Shown: positions 1-8,862 of the stretch, piece by piece
Layout of the letters: each line of letters starts with the position of its first letter
Numbering within the stretch: position 1 is the first letter of the stretch
Position numbers and translations under genes: made by a program
DNA from: a candidate division FCPU426 bacterium
Lineage (GTDB): Bacteria; Oederibacteriota; JAAXVQ01; JAUVAV01
Assembly (NCBI GenBank): GCA_040756875.1
Contig: JBFLYH010000002.1
Location: 735,078-799,077, forward strand
DNA length: 64,000 bases
Direction of reading: 5' to 3'
The notes under the pieces: generated by a model
What the model was told of the DNA's origin: nothing
The model's input: the letters and a program-made list of their open reading frames with translations, nothing else
Databases searched by the model: none

Positions 1-886
1 GCCCCGCATCCTTCAAGGCCAGGGCCACCGACTGCCGGGTCCCCCACCCTTCGGGGTGCGGCGTGGACAGGTGGTACGCGTCGCTCGACCACCCATATCC
101 CAGCACCCGGGCGTAGGCTTTCCCGCCCCGTTGCCTCAGGCTCTCGCCGGATTCCAGCACCAGCGCCGCTCCGGCCTCGCCCATGATCAGCCCCCGCCGC
201 GCGCGGTCAAACGGGCGGCAGCAGTCCGGCGCCATGGCCCGCAGGCTGCAAAAGCCCGTGTAATCCGGCTCGGCCAGCAAATCCATGCCGCCGGCCAGAA
301 CCACGTCGGCCAGGCCCTGGCGAATGCGCTCCACGGCCAGGGACAGCGCGTAGCCGCTGGCCGCGCAGGCGTTCGTGTTCGTGCTCTGCCAGCCCGTGAG
401 CCCCAGCCGCTGCGCCATCTGGTAGAGAAAGCTGTAGGTCACGTTCTCGCTCACGATGTCGCGCGTGACCTCCAGGGCGCTGGCCAGGTCCTGCGTTTCC
501 CAGGTCCGCTTGCAGCGCACCACGTGCTCGTTCAGGTCGCCGTGGGTGGTGCCGAACACCAGGTCCACGGCGCCGTGCTGCGAGCGCTGGTCCGCGCCCA
601 GCCACCCCGCGTCCGCCAAGGCTGCCCGGCCGGCCGAGAGCGCCAGCCGCGCCGCCGGATCCAGGGCTTTTTGTTCCTCAGTGCTCAAGTTGCGCAGGCC
701 GTCCAAATCCTTGATCTGCGCGGCCATGTGCACGGGCAGCCAGCGGGTGTCGAAGCGCGTCACCGGGCCCACGCCGGACGTCCCGGCGACCAGGGCCGGC
801 CAGAACGCCTCCGCGCCCGCGCCCAGCGGCGTGTTCAGGCCCAATCCGGTCACATAGACTTCAGGCCTGCCGGCGCGGGCCGTCAT
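1..886 (-). CDS. Beta-ketoacyl-ACP synthase (FabF/KS-like), 5' part; runs off the left edge
   Basis: Not in the ORF track because there is no stop in the window. Hand translation from ATG 886 (ATGA overlap with the lnt stop) gives MTARAGRPEVYVTGLGLNTPLG...GTSGVGPVTRFD...STNTNACAASGYA...CRPFDRARRGLIMGE...WSSDAYHLSTPHPEG. The catalytic Cys is present. Confidence 0.92.
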   Translation of the reverse strand, partial: MTARAGRPEVYVTGLGLNTPLGAGAEAFWPALVAGTSGVGPVTRFDTRWLPVHMAAQIKDLDGLRNLSTEEQKALDPAARLALSAGRAALADAGWLGADQRSQHGAVDLVFGTTHGDLNEHVVRCKRTWETQDLASALEVTRDIVSENVTYSFLYQMAQRLGLTGWQSTNTNACAASGYALSLAVERIRQGLADVVLAGGMDLLAEPDYTGFCSLRAMAPDCCRPFDRARRGLIMGEAGAALVLESGESLRQRGGKAYARVLGYGWSSDAYHLSTPHPEGWGTRQSVALALKDAG

Positions 887-2592
887 GCCGGCCTCTCCTG
901 GCCGGACTTGGAAAAACGCTCGCGCCCCCAGCTCCAGGCCATCATCGCGACCAAAACGGCGGTCAGGCCCAGCACCAGCCATCCCATCCAGTCGCCGCAG
1001 CGCACGTAAACCGTTTTTCCGTTGAGCAGGGGCAGGCGTTTGACCAGCGCCGCGCGCTGGCCGAAGGGCGCGCGGTCGCGGACCAGGCCAAGCGGATCCA
1101 CGTACGCCGCGCTCGCCGTGCTCGAAACCAGCCCGACCCAGCGCCGGGTTTCCACGGCGCGGAAGCAAGCCATCTGCAGGCGCATGTTGAAAAACACCGG
1201 CGTGGGAAACCAGTTGCCCGTGCCGGCGTTCAGGATGACCTCGCCGCCCAGGCGCACGCCCTGGACGAAATACTGAGGAAACATGATTTCCTCGCACACC
1301 CGCAGGATCACCGCGCCCTGCGGCAGCTGGAACACCTTGCTGGCCGATCCAGGCGACAGGTCTTTCATGTCCTCGTCCACGGAGGTAAGCTTGAGCAGTT
1401 CGTAGGTCGTCGCGAAAACACGGTTCAGCAGGCGGATCGCGCCGTTCACCAGCGGCCGGCCGGGCATGTATTCCCCGAAGGGTATGAGGTACTGCTTCAG
1501 GTAATAATCGCGGATCTTTCCCTTCGCGTCGACCAGGTACCAAACATTGAAGCGCCGTTCGGAGTCCAGGGCGGTGACCAGCCCGATGATCGCCGGCACG
1601 CCCGCCTCCTCGAGTATGTCCTGGAAGTCCCGCCACACCTTGGCCGTGGAGGGCAGGGTCAAGGGCAGTGCGCTCTCGGTAAAAACCAGCAGCTCGGCGC
1701 GGTCGGCTTTGGCGTTCAGGGCCAGCCGGCGGAAAAGGACGATGGCGGACTGCTTGATGCGTTCGCTCCACTCGCCATAATTGCCCGCGTCGAACTGCCC
1801 CTGCAACAAGGCCGGACGGAGGCTGCGCTCGGCCTGCGATTGCAGGCGTTCCACCTTGGCCGCGTCGAGGTTGCCGGCCACGATCAGGGCCGCGAAGCCC
1901 AGGCCCAAAACCGCGGCCATCAGGCTGTTGACGAGAAGCGGGCGCCCCTCCGCGGCCGGCACCTTGCCGGCAAGCACGGGCTCGGGCCGGCGCACATCCC
2001 AGGCGCGCAGGAAGCGCCAGGCCAGGAGGGCCAGGCCGGCGGCCACGCACAGCACGAAATAATCAGCGCCCAGCACGCCGGTCAGGGACGCCATTTGCAT
2101 GAGCGGCGGAAGCCCGGCCAGCGGATACGCATACAGCAGAATGGGCGGCGGGAAGAACCAGATTTTGGGCGTCAGCACCAGGCGCAGAAATTCGAAGGCC
2201 GCAAAATTCGCCGGTGCGAACAGCAAATACCAGGCGGGAAAGCGGCGGATGCAGGCGCCGGCCCACAGGCCCACGTTCCCGAAAATGCCGTACACCATGG
2301 CCGCGAGAAAAAGAAAAATCAGCGGCGTGGCCAGGGGAAACGAGGGCAGCATCTCGAACCACAGGGTGGCGGGAATCAAAAACATGGCCAGGCCGGACAG
2401 GCCGCACCAGCGGTAGGCTTCGCGGCCCTGGTAGCGCAGCATAATCATGAAGGTGGGCATTGGCACCAGAAACACCAGCAGCGCGGACAGGATGTTCGAC
2501 TCCGGCAGCAGGTAATTGGGCCACGCGAGATAGGCGCACAGCGCCTGCAGGATCAGCAGCCATGGCATGGGGCGTTTCAACGCGGATACCAT
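883..2592 (-). CDS. lnt: Apolipoprotein N-acyltransferase-like protein (Lnt paralogue 1)
   Basis: Multi-TM N-terminus plus nitrilase-fold motifs FTESALP / YLKQYLIPFGE / RVCEE / RAVE. Start chosen at ATG 2592 behind GGAGG (the ORF track starts at 2637). Confidence 0.88.
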   Translation of the reverse strand: MVSALKRPMPWLLILQALCAYLAWPNYLLPESNILSALLVFLVPMPTFMIMLRYQGREAYRWCGLSGLAMFLIPATLWFEMLPSFPLATPLIFLFLAAMVYGIFGNVGLWAGACIRRFPAWYLLFAPANFAAFEFLRLVLTPKIWFFPPPILLYAYPLAGLPPLMQMASLTGVLGADYFVLCVAAGLALLAWRFLRAWDVRRPEPVLAGKVPAAEGRPLLVNSLMAAVLGLGFAALIVAGNLDAAKVERLQSQAERSLRPALLQGQFDAGNYGEWSERIKQSAIVLFRRLALNAKADRAELLVFTESALPLTLPSTAKVWRDFQDILEEAGVPAIIGLVTALDSERRFNVWYLVDAKGKIRDYYLKQYLIPFGEYMPGRPLVNGAIRLLNRVFATTYELLKLTSVDEDMKDLSPGSASKVFQLPQGAVILRVCEEIMFPQYFVQGVRLGGEVILNAGTGNWFPTPVFFNMRLQMACFRAVETRRWVGLVSSTASAAYVDPLGLVRDRAPFGQRAALVKRLPLLNGKTVYVRCGDWMGWLVLGLTAVLVAMMAWSWGRERFSKSGQERPA

Positions 2593-2608
2593 CCATCCCC
2601 TCCGGGTC

Positions 2609-4273
2609 TCAGGCGCCGGTTTTTCGGCGAGCCGCAACTACGGTCAGCAACAGCGTCAGCAGTACGCACAGCCAGGCAAACACATCTCCGAACCGCGCGT
2701 AAAAAGTCAGGCCGTCAAGCAAGGGCAGGGTCGGCACGGCCACCACCCGCTTCCCATAAGGTGTTTCACTCCGCACCGCGCCCAGGGCGTCGATTGTGGC
2801 CGCCGCGCCCATGTTGGCCACCACCCCGATCCAGCGCCGGGTCTCCACCGCCCGGAAGGCGCTTGTCTCCAGGTTTAAATACCAGTCCACCGGCGTCTTG
2901 AACCAGTTGACGGTCCTGGGCGTGAGAATCACATCGGCGCCTTGCATGACCGCCTGCCTGAAAAACCGGGGAATGATCGTTTCAGTGCATACCTTCAGCG
3001 CCACCCGTGCGCCGGCCACGTCAAATATTTTTTCCTGTTTGCCGGCACGAAGATCATAGTAATCCCGCGGAATGGCCGTAATTTTCAAGACCCGATAGGA
3101 CGTGCGCAAGAGTTTGTTTACTCCCGTCATCACCGGGTCCACCAAGCTGCGCAAGGGCAGGTACTCGCCAAACGGCGTCAGGTAGCGTTTGAGGTAATAA
3201 TCCTGGACCGTTCCCTGGGCGCTGATCAAATACCAGATATTGAAAACCTGCTCCTCCTCCACCGTGGTCGTAAGCCCCACGAAGGCCGGCAGGCCCACTT
3301 CCTTGAAGATGGTGCGGAGGTTCTGCCAGGCGTGCTCGTCCGCCGGCAGGGTCATGGGCAGTGCGTTCTCGGTGAAAACCAGCACCTGACCGCCTTGGGC
3401 CAGGGCTTCCAGGCTCATGTCACGATAGGTGCGCAGGGCAAATCCCTGCTGGGGCCTGCTCCAGTCCTTGGCCCGCGAGGGATCGAACTGGGATTGCAGC
3501 AACGCGGGACGCAGCGTGCGCCGCGCCTGGTCCTGCAGGCGGCTGACGCGCAGGGCGTCTACGTTACCCAGCATGAACAGCGCGAACAAAACCGCCACCG
3601 TGCCGCTGGCCACGGCCACTGTGAGGGTCCGCTGTCCGGGAGCGAGGGCGGGTATGTTCTGGGTGACGGGGAGGTGGGTGCGAAACCACGCCAGGCGGCC
3701 AAGAAGCGACAGCGCGACCAAGGCCAGGAGGGAGCTGATGAAAAAGGCAAGGAAAGCCGGTCCGTAGTATCCGGTGTAGGCGCTCATTTGGATCAGGGGC
3801 GGAAGCCCGGCAAAAGGAAAGGCAAACAACAACGAAGGAGGCGGCACCAGTGAAAAATGCTCGGCCAGCAGCACGCGCATGAACTCCTGGTTGCAAATGA
3901 TGGCCGGCGCCGCCAGGGTGAACGCCCAGGGCAGGCGCCGGTAAATGAACGAACCCAGATAACCGCAGGCGCCTCCCAGCAGAAAGGACAGCGCCAGTAC
4001 CAGCAGCCAAATCAATACGCCGGTCACGGGAAAGAAATTCATATGGACCAGGTGGACGGTCGGCAAAAGAACCATGGCCACTACAGATAATCCGGACCAC
4101 ACAAAAACCTGCCTCCCCCGGTAGGCCAGGAAGATGATGAAGTAGGTCGCGCCCATCAAGGGCAGGAGCAGGGCCGAAACGGGGTTGGGCCGGTAAAGGA
4201 TGGGGTTGGGAAACGCCAGAAAGGCAATCAGCGCCTGGATCAGCAGCAAACTTACGGAGAGAAAGGCTGGCAT
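2609..4273 (-). CDS. lnt: Apolipoprotein N-acyltransferase-like protein (Lnt paralogue 2)
   Basis: Motifs FTENALP / YLKRYLTPFGE / KVCTE / RAVE and the C-terminal TFYARFGD typical of Lnt. Confidence 0.88.
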   Translation of the reverse strand: MPAFLSVSLLLIQALIAFLAFPNPILYRPNPVSALLLPLMGATYFIIFLAYRGRQVFVWSGLSVVAMVLLPTVHLVHMNFFPVTGVLIWLLVLALSFLLGGACGYLGSFIYRRLPWAFTLAAPAIICNQEFMRVLLAEHFSLVPPPSLLFAFPFAGLPPLIQMSAYTGYYGPAFLAFFISSLLALVALSLLGRLAWFRTHLPVTQNIPALAPGQRTLTVAVASGTVAVLFALFMLGNVDALRVSRLQDQARRTLRPALLQSQFDPSRAKDWSRPQQGFALRTYRDMSLEALAQGGQVLVFTENALPMTLPADEHAWQNLRTIFKEVGLPAFVGLTTTVEEEQVFNIWYLISAQGTVQDYYLKRYLTPFGEYLPLRSLVDPVMTGVNKLLRTSYRVLKITAIPRDYYDLRAGKQEKIFDVAGARVALKVCTETIIPRFFRQAVMQGADVILTPRTVNWFKTPVDWYLNLETSAFRAVETRRWIGVVANMGAAATIDALGAVRSETPYGKRVVAVPTLPLLDGLTFYARFGDVFAWLCVLLTLLLTVVAARRKTGA

Positions 4274-4303
4274 GTTTGCTTGCCCTTTCTTCAGTCAGCC
4301 GAT

Positions 4304-4438
4304 ATGGAGCCCTCCGGGCATGCCCGGGGTACCCATTCCTGCCCTGCGTTTCTTGCAGGATAGGCGGCGACATCCTCGCAGCAGAAGATCCGCATTCATC
4401 CCCGGCCATAGGCCGGGGTTTCCTGCGAAGGGGATGAA
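4304..4438. repeat. Intergenic double-hairpin palindromic element
   Basis: Palindrome CCGGGCATGCCCGG (4314-4327); hairpin CCCCGGCC-ATA-GGCCGGGG (4400-4418); TTCATCCCC (4395-4403) is complementary to GGGGATGAA (4430-4438). Confidence 0.55.
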
Positions 4439-4482
4439 GTGGAGCCGCGTCGCGTTTCCGGGCCTTCTCCCAGCGAAGCTGC

Positions 4483-6120
4483 CTACGGACGCCGGGTGGC
4501 GGCGAACGCGACCAACAGCAGTATCACCAATACGCACAGCCAGGCAAACAGGTCGCCGAAGCGTGCGTAAAAAGTCAGACCGTCCAGCAACGGGAGCGTC
4601 GGCACGTCCACCGCCCGTATTCCGTAGGGTGTTTCGCTCCGCACCACGCCCAGGGCGTCGACGGTGGCCGCGGCGCCCATGCTGGCCACCAGGCCGATCC
4701 AGCGCCTGCTTTCCACCGCCCGGAACGAACAGGCCTCCATGTTCAAATACCAGTCCACCGGCGTTTTGAACCAATTGACCGCCCTGGGCGAGAAAAACAC
4801 TTCCGCTCCCTGGTTGACCGCCTGCCTGAAAAACCGGGGGATGGTGGTCTCGGTGCAGACCTTGAGGCTGACCCGGGCGCCGGCCACGGCGAACACCTTC
4901 TCCTCCCGTCCTGCGCCCAGATCGTAATGATCGTTGGGAATGGCGGTGATTCTGAAAATTTTATAGCTCGTGTTGAGCAAGGCGTTTACGCCGCCCAGCA
5001 CCGCATCCACCAATCCGCGCAAGGGCAAATACTCGCCAAAGGGGGTTAAGTACCGCTTGATATAATGATCCTCCATTTCGCCTTGCGCGCTGATCAGATA
5101 CCAGACATTGTACGTTTCCTCGTCTCCCACGGTGGTGATCAGGCCCACGAAAGCCGGCAGTCCGGTTTCCCTGAAAATGCCGCATAAATGCTGCCAGGCC
5201 TGCTGTTCCCCGGGCAGGGTCAGAGGCAGCGCGTTTTCAGTGAACACCAGCACCTGGGCCTGCTTGGCCACGGCTTCGTAGCACATCTGCCGGTAGGTGC
5301 GCAGCGCGAATCCCCTCTGGGGCGGGCCCCATTCCGGAGCCTGGGAAGGGTCGAACTGGGATTGCAACAGGGCGGGCCGGATCACGCGCTGCGCCTCCTT
5401 TTGCAGGCGGCTGAAGCGCATCGCGTCCGCGTTTCCCAGCACAGCCAGGAACAACAGGCCCGCGGCCACGGCCACGGACACCAGGCCGGCCAGCCGGCGC
5501 TGGGGCGCGGTTAAAACCAGATCCGGCTTGATCCAGCCGGCCCGCGCCAGGAATTCCGCCGCAACTTGGGCCAGGACCGCGCCGACGAAAAACACCATGA
5601 GCGCCGGCCCGTACAAACCCGTGAACGCACTCATTTGGATTAAAGGCGGCCAGCCGGCCAGGGGCAGGGACAGGGTGAACGACGGAGGCGGAACCAGCGA
5701 AAAAACTTCCGACAGCAGGACCCGGCCGAATTCCTCGCCGCACAGCAAAACCGGGGCCGACAGGGAAAACGACCAGGGCAAACGCCGGAAGATGAATGCG
5801 CCCAGGGACCCGTAGGCGCCGCCCAGCAGGAACGTCAGGGCGAGCGTCAGCAGCCAGAGCAACGCGCCGGTTACGGGAAACAAACTAATTTGGGTCAGGT
5901 GAAACGTCGGCAACAGGACAACAGCCGCCACGGAGAGTCCGGTCCAGAGAAAAGCCTGGCGCCCGCGGTATAGCAGGACAAATAAAAAAACCGGGGCCAA
6001 CGCGAGCGGCAACAGCAGGGCTGACACCGGATTGGGTTTCATGAGCAGGGGGGTGGGATAAGCCAGGAAAGCCATGAGTGCTTGCACCAGCAATACCAGC
6101 ACAGACACCTGCATCGGCAT
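4483..6120 (-). CDS. lnt: Apolipoprotein N-acyltransferase-like protein (Lnt paralogue 3)
   Basis: Motifs FTENALP / YIKRYLTPFGE / KVCTE / RAVE / TFYARFGD. Start at ATG 6120 chosen by alignment with paralogue 2 (MPMQVSV.. vs MPAFLSV..); GTG 6171 is the alternative. Confidence 0.88.
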   Translation of the reverse strand: MPMQVSVLVLLVQALMAFLAYPTPLLMKPNPVSALLLPLALAPVFLFVLLYRGRQAFLWTGLSVAAVVLLPTFHLTQISLFPVTGALLWLLTLALTFLLGGAYGSLGAFIFRRLPWSFSLSAPVLLCGEEFGRVLLSEVFSLVPPPSFTLSLPLAGWPPLIQMSAFTGLYGPALMVFFVGAVLAQVAAEFLARAGWIKPDLVLTAPQRRLAGLVSVAVAAGLLFLAVLGNADAMRFSRLQKEAQRVIRPALLQSQFDPSQAPEWGPPQRGFALRTYRQMCYEAVAKQAQVLVFTENALPLTLPGEQQAWQHLCGIFRETGLPAFVGLITTVGDEETYNVWYLISAQGEMEDHYIKRYLTPFGEYLPLRGLVDAVLGGVNALLNTSYKIFRITAIPNDHYDLGAGREEKVFAVAGARVSLKVCTETTIPRFFRQAVNQGAEVFFSPRAVNWFKTPVDWYLNMEACSFRAVESRRWIGLVASMGAAATVDALGVVRSETPYGIRAVDVPTLPLLDGLTFYARFGDLFAWLCVLVILLLVAFAATRRP

Positions 6121-6253
6121 TTTCTTTGGGTCCTTTCCTCTGCCGGACGATTCCCGGTACGGCAACTTCACGCCCGTTCCGAAAAACGCCTGCTTTTTTG
6201 GGCTATTCCGGCGCCCGCCAAGCGCCGCGGATTCAAATGCGCCGGATATCCTT

Positions 6254-6291
6254 GAATAATAACATACTTTGCGAGGATCGCCAAAACGTAT
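6254..6291 (-). promoter_or_regulatory. Sigma70-like promoter, copy 1 (upstream of lnt-lnt-lnt-KS)
   Basis: Minus strand reads ATACGTT-TTGGCG-17 nt-TATTAT with TG at the extended -10 position. 32/38 identical, without gaps, to 11348-11385. Confidence 0.75.
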
Positions 6292-6352
6292 CTCCGCTTC
6301 ATCTTGCTGGCGCTGGATGGAACCAATGGTGCGGCAGGACCAGGGGGGAGGT

Positions 6353-7531
6353 TTAGGCGGGCAATTCCAGCAGGCAGGCCATGGCTTTGCGATCCTGGTC
6401 CAGGGCCATGACCATGGCCCGCCGGGCGTTCAATGGACGAGCCGTCATAGGCAGGTAAAGCTCGCGCGCGGCCCCAGACGAAGGCAAACGCTGCGTTGGC
6501 AACAGGAGGCGATGCTCGAGGCAGAGAATGGCCAGCACTGCGGCCATGGCACCGGCGGCGTGCCATGTTTCCCCCAGTGCTCCCTTGAGCGCGGTCATGG
6601 GCGGCCGCTGGTTCCCAAAAACGTTTTTCATGCTTTCCATCTCAGCCTGATCCTGCGCCGGATCGCCATTGGCGGCAAGAAAAACCGCTTCCACGTCCCC
6701 GGCCTTCCAGCCGGCGTCAGCCAAAGCCGCGGCGATGGCTTGGTTGCAGGCGCGGGGATCGCCTTGGCCGGCTGCCTCCGGATTATATGCCATGCCAAAG
6801 CCGCATAGCCGGGCCCTGGGGCGCAGCCCCTGTTGACGAGCTTCGTCGGCTCTCAACAAAAACATCCAGGCTGAGCCTTCTCCGAGATCAACGGCGCCCG
6901 GACGCCAGCCCTCCAGGATTCCCGTCCCTGATCCGGGGGGAGCGCCGGGCCCGGAAAAACCCCGCACCATTCTGGCACTGATTTCCTGAACCGCACCGGC
7001 TGCCACCTGCCGGGCCCGGCCGGTGGATAAAACCCGACACGCGGTTTCCAATGCTTCCAGCCCGGCCGTATGCCCGGTGGACATCGTCAAAATGAACGCC
7101 TGGATCCCGAGGAGGATCGACACTTGGCTGGCCGTGGCATTCGCCGACAGATTCAGAAAAAAGAAAGGGCTCATCAGATGATATTCGCGGGTGGACAAAA
7201 CCTGCAGGATGGTGTCGGAATAAATGTCCGGCGTGAATCCGGTCACCAGGCCGGTCTCCGCCGCCGCCGGTGGCTGCCCCGTGTCTTTCGCCCAGGCCTG
7301 CCACAAGCGGCGGCACGCTGCGCCGGCCAGCAGGGACGAACGTGTGAACCCCTGTTTTTTTCCGTTGCCCAGCAACACCCGGAGGTCCTGGGACACCGGG
7401 GCGCTTTCGGTCCCGTCGGACCCGCGTGTCAATCCCTGCCGGCCGGCGGCCAGGCTATCGAAAACCGCCTGCGGGTCGTCGCCCAGGGCATGCACCAGGC
7501 CAAGGTGGGTGATTACGATCGCGTCTTTCAC
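6353..7531 (-). CDS. Non-catalytic ketosynthase / chain-length-factor-like subunit
   Basis: Thiolase/KS fold (VITHLGLVHALG, LGEGSA). The active-site Cys region reads STGHTAG, HGTGT is replaced by AANGD and GH by GE. GTG 7531 overlaps the upstream KS stop (GTGA). Confidence 0.82.
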   Translation of the reverse strand: MKDAIVITHLGLVHALGDDPQAVFDSLAAGRQGLTRGSDGTESAPVSQDLRVLLGNGKKQGFTRSSLLAGAACRRLWQAWAKDTGQPPAAAETGLVTGFTPDIYSDTILQVLSTREYHLMSPFFFLNLSANATASQVSILLGIQAFILTMSTGHTAGLEALETACRVLSTGRARQVAAGAVQEISARMVRGFSGPGAPPGSGTGILEGWRPGAVDLGEGSAWMFLLRADEARQQGLRPRARLCGFGMAYNPEAAGQGDPRACNQAIAAALADAGWKAGDVEAVFLAANGDPAQDQAEMESMKNVFGNQRPPMTALKGALGETWHAAGAMAAVLAILCLEHRLLLPTQRLPSSGAARELYLPMTARPLNARRAMVMALDQDRKAMACLLELPA

Positions 7532-8742
7532 GCAGGCCCGCTTTCGGCCTGCTGCAAGATCAGGCTGAGGTTGTTGCCGCCGAATCCCATGGCATTGACC
7601 ATGCACGTTTCCAGTCTGCCCGCCTTGGGCTCGGACACGACTACGGGCAGCGGACAGTCCGGATCCATCTCGATCGTTTCGGAAACCGGCGGGATCTGTC
7701 CCTCCCGCAGCATGAGCGCCGCAGACAGAATGTCAACCGCCTGGGCCGCGCCCTGTGAATGCCCCACGCGGGGTTTGAACGCCGTGACCGGCGGCAGGTC
7801 CGGACCGAAGACCGCCTGCAGGGCCCGGGCTTCCGCGCGGTCGTTGCTGGGCGTTCCGGTGCCGTGAGCCACCACACAGCTGATCTGCGCAGGCGCCAGC
7901 CGGGCCGCCTGCAACGCGCGCCGCATGGCGGTTTCCAGACCTTCGCCGCGGGGCCGGGGCGCGGAAATATGATAAGCGTCCGCGGACCAGCCTTCTCCGG
8001 CCAGTCGCGCCCACGGCCGCGCGTTCCGGCTCCGCGCGGAATCGGCCGATTCCAGAAGAAACATGGCGGCCGCGTCGCCCAGCATCGTGCCTTCTCGGCC
8101 ACGGTCGAACGGCCGGATGCACGACGGCGCCAGGGCCCGCAGGTTGGCGAACCCGGCCTGCACGACCTCGGCAAACAGGTCCGCAGCCCCGCACAAGACC
8201 GCTTCCGCACGCTCCAGGCGGATGAGGTCCGCGGCCAGGGAAACAGCGTACCCGGCCGCGGCGCAGGTGTTGGTGTTCAACCCCTGGGCCTCCCGCAATC
8301 CCAGCGCCCGGGCCATGTCCGTTAAAAAAGCATAGGGTTGCCGCTCACGAAATCCCGCGCCCAGGGTCTCCTCCGGTTCCCTGCGCAGGTAGTTTTCGCC
8401 GTCATTCAAACCGCCGTTGCTGGTGCCGAGCAGCACGGCGAGGCTAGGCAACCGGCTGCGCCGCTCCTCTGACAGCAGGCGGGCATCCGCCAGAGCCTGC
8501 CGCGCGGCCGACAAAGCGGCGGCGGCGAGCCGGCTGAGGCGTCCGGTTTCCTCCGGGTCCAGCCACTGATCAGCGGCCAATGGCTCGATTTCGGCGCCGC
8601 GAACAAAAGCCAGGCCCTGGGTATTGAATTTTTGTATGGGTTTTATTCCTGAACGGCCTTCCAGGCAGGCTTGCCAATAAGGCGCTACGCCGATTCCCAG
8701 TGGCGTAACCGCTCCCATCCCTGTGATCCAAACATCCCTCAT
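7528..8742 (-). CDS. Beta-ketoacyl-ACP synthase (FabF/KS-like)
   Basis: VWITGMGAVTPLG, NTCAAA (Cys), AHGTGT (His) and KPRVGHSQGA (His) give a complete Cys-His-His triad. Start at ATG 8742. Confidence 0.93.
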   Translation of the reverse strand: MRDVWITGMGAVTPLGIGVAPYWQACLEGRSGIKPIQKFNTQGLAFVRGAEIEPLAADQWLDPEETGRLSRLAAAALSAARQALADARLLSEERRSRLPSLAVLLGTSNGGLNDGENYLRREPEETLGAGFRERQPYAFLTDMARALGLREAQGLNTNTCAAAGYAVSLAADLIRLERAEAVLCGAADLFAEVVQAGFANLRALAPSCIRPFDRGREGTMLGDAAAMFLLESADSARSRNARPWARLAGEGWSADAYHISAPRPRGEGLETAMRRALQAARLAPAQISCVVAHGTGTPSNDRAEARALQAVFGPDLPPVTAFKPRVGHSQGAAQAVDILSAALMLREGQIPPVSETIEMDPDCPLPVVVSEPKAGRLETCMVNAMGFGGNNLSLILQQAESGPA

Positions 8743-8862
8743 GGTTCTTCCTTGTTCGTTTGATCCTGCCACCCGGCCTGCGGGATGGGCATCATGACCA
8801 GGTGCCAAAGCAGACAGGAAGCTTTTGGACCGTATTCGCCGCTTGACGCCGCGTGGAGCCGG

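Noticed and set aside
56-1009. 317-aa plus-strand ORF at the left edge
   Set aside because: The real gene is the minus-strand ketosynthase (886 to the edge), which the ORF track missed.
6270-6290. Sigma54 reading of the duplicated promoter (TGGC...GC)
   Set aside because: The GG-to-GC spacing is wrong in copy 1 and the GC is missing in copy 2. The sigma70-type 17-nt spacing fits both copies.
8743-8862. Possible riboswitch (c-di-GMP-like) between the ACP and KS genes
   Set aside because: Some pairing potential, but I could not find the conserved GEMM elements. An Infernal/Rfam scan would settle it.
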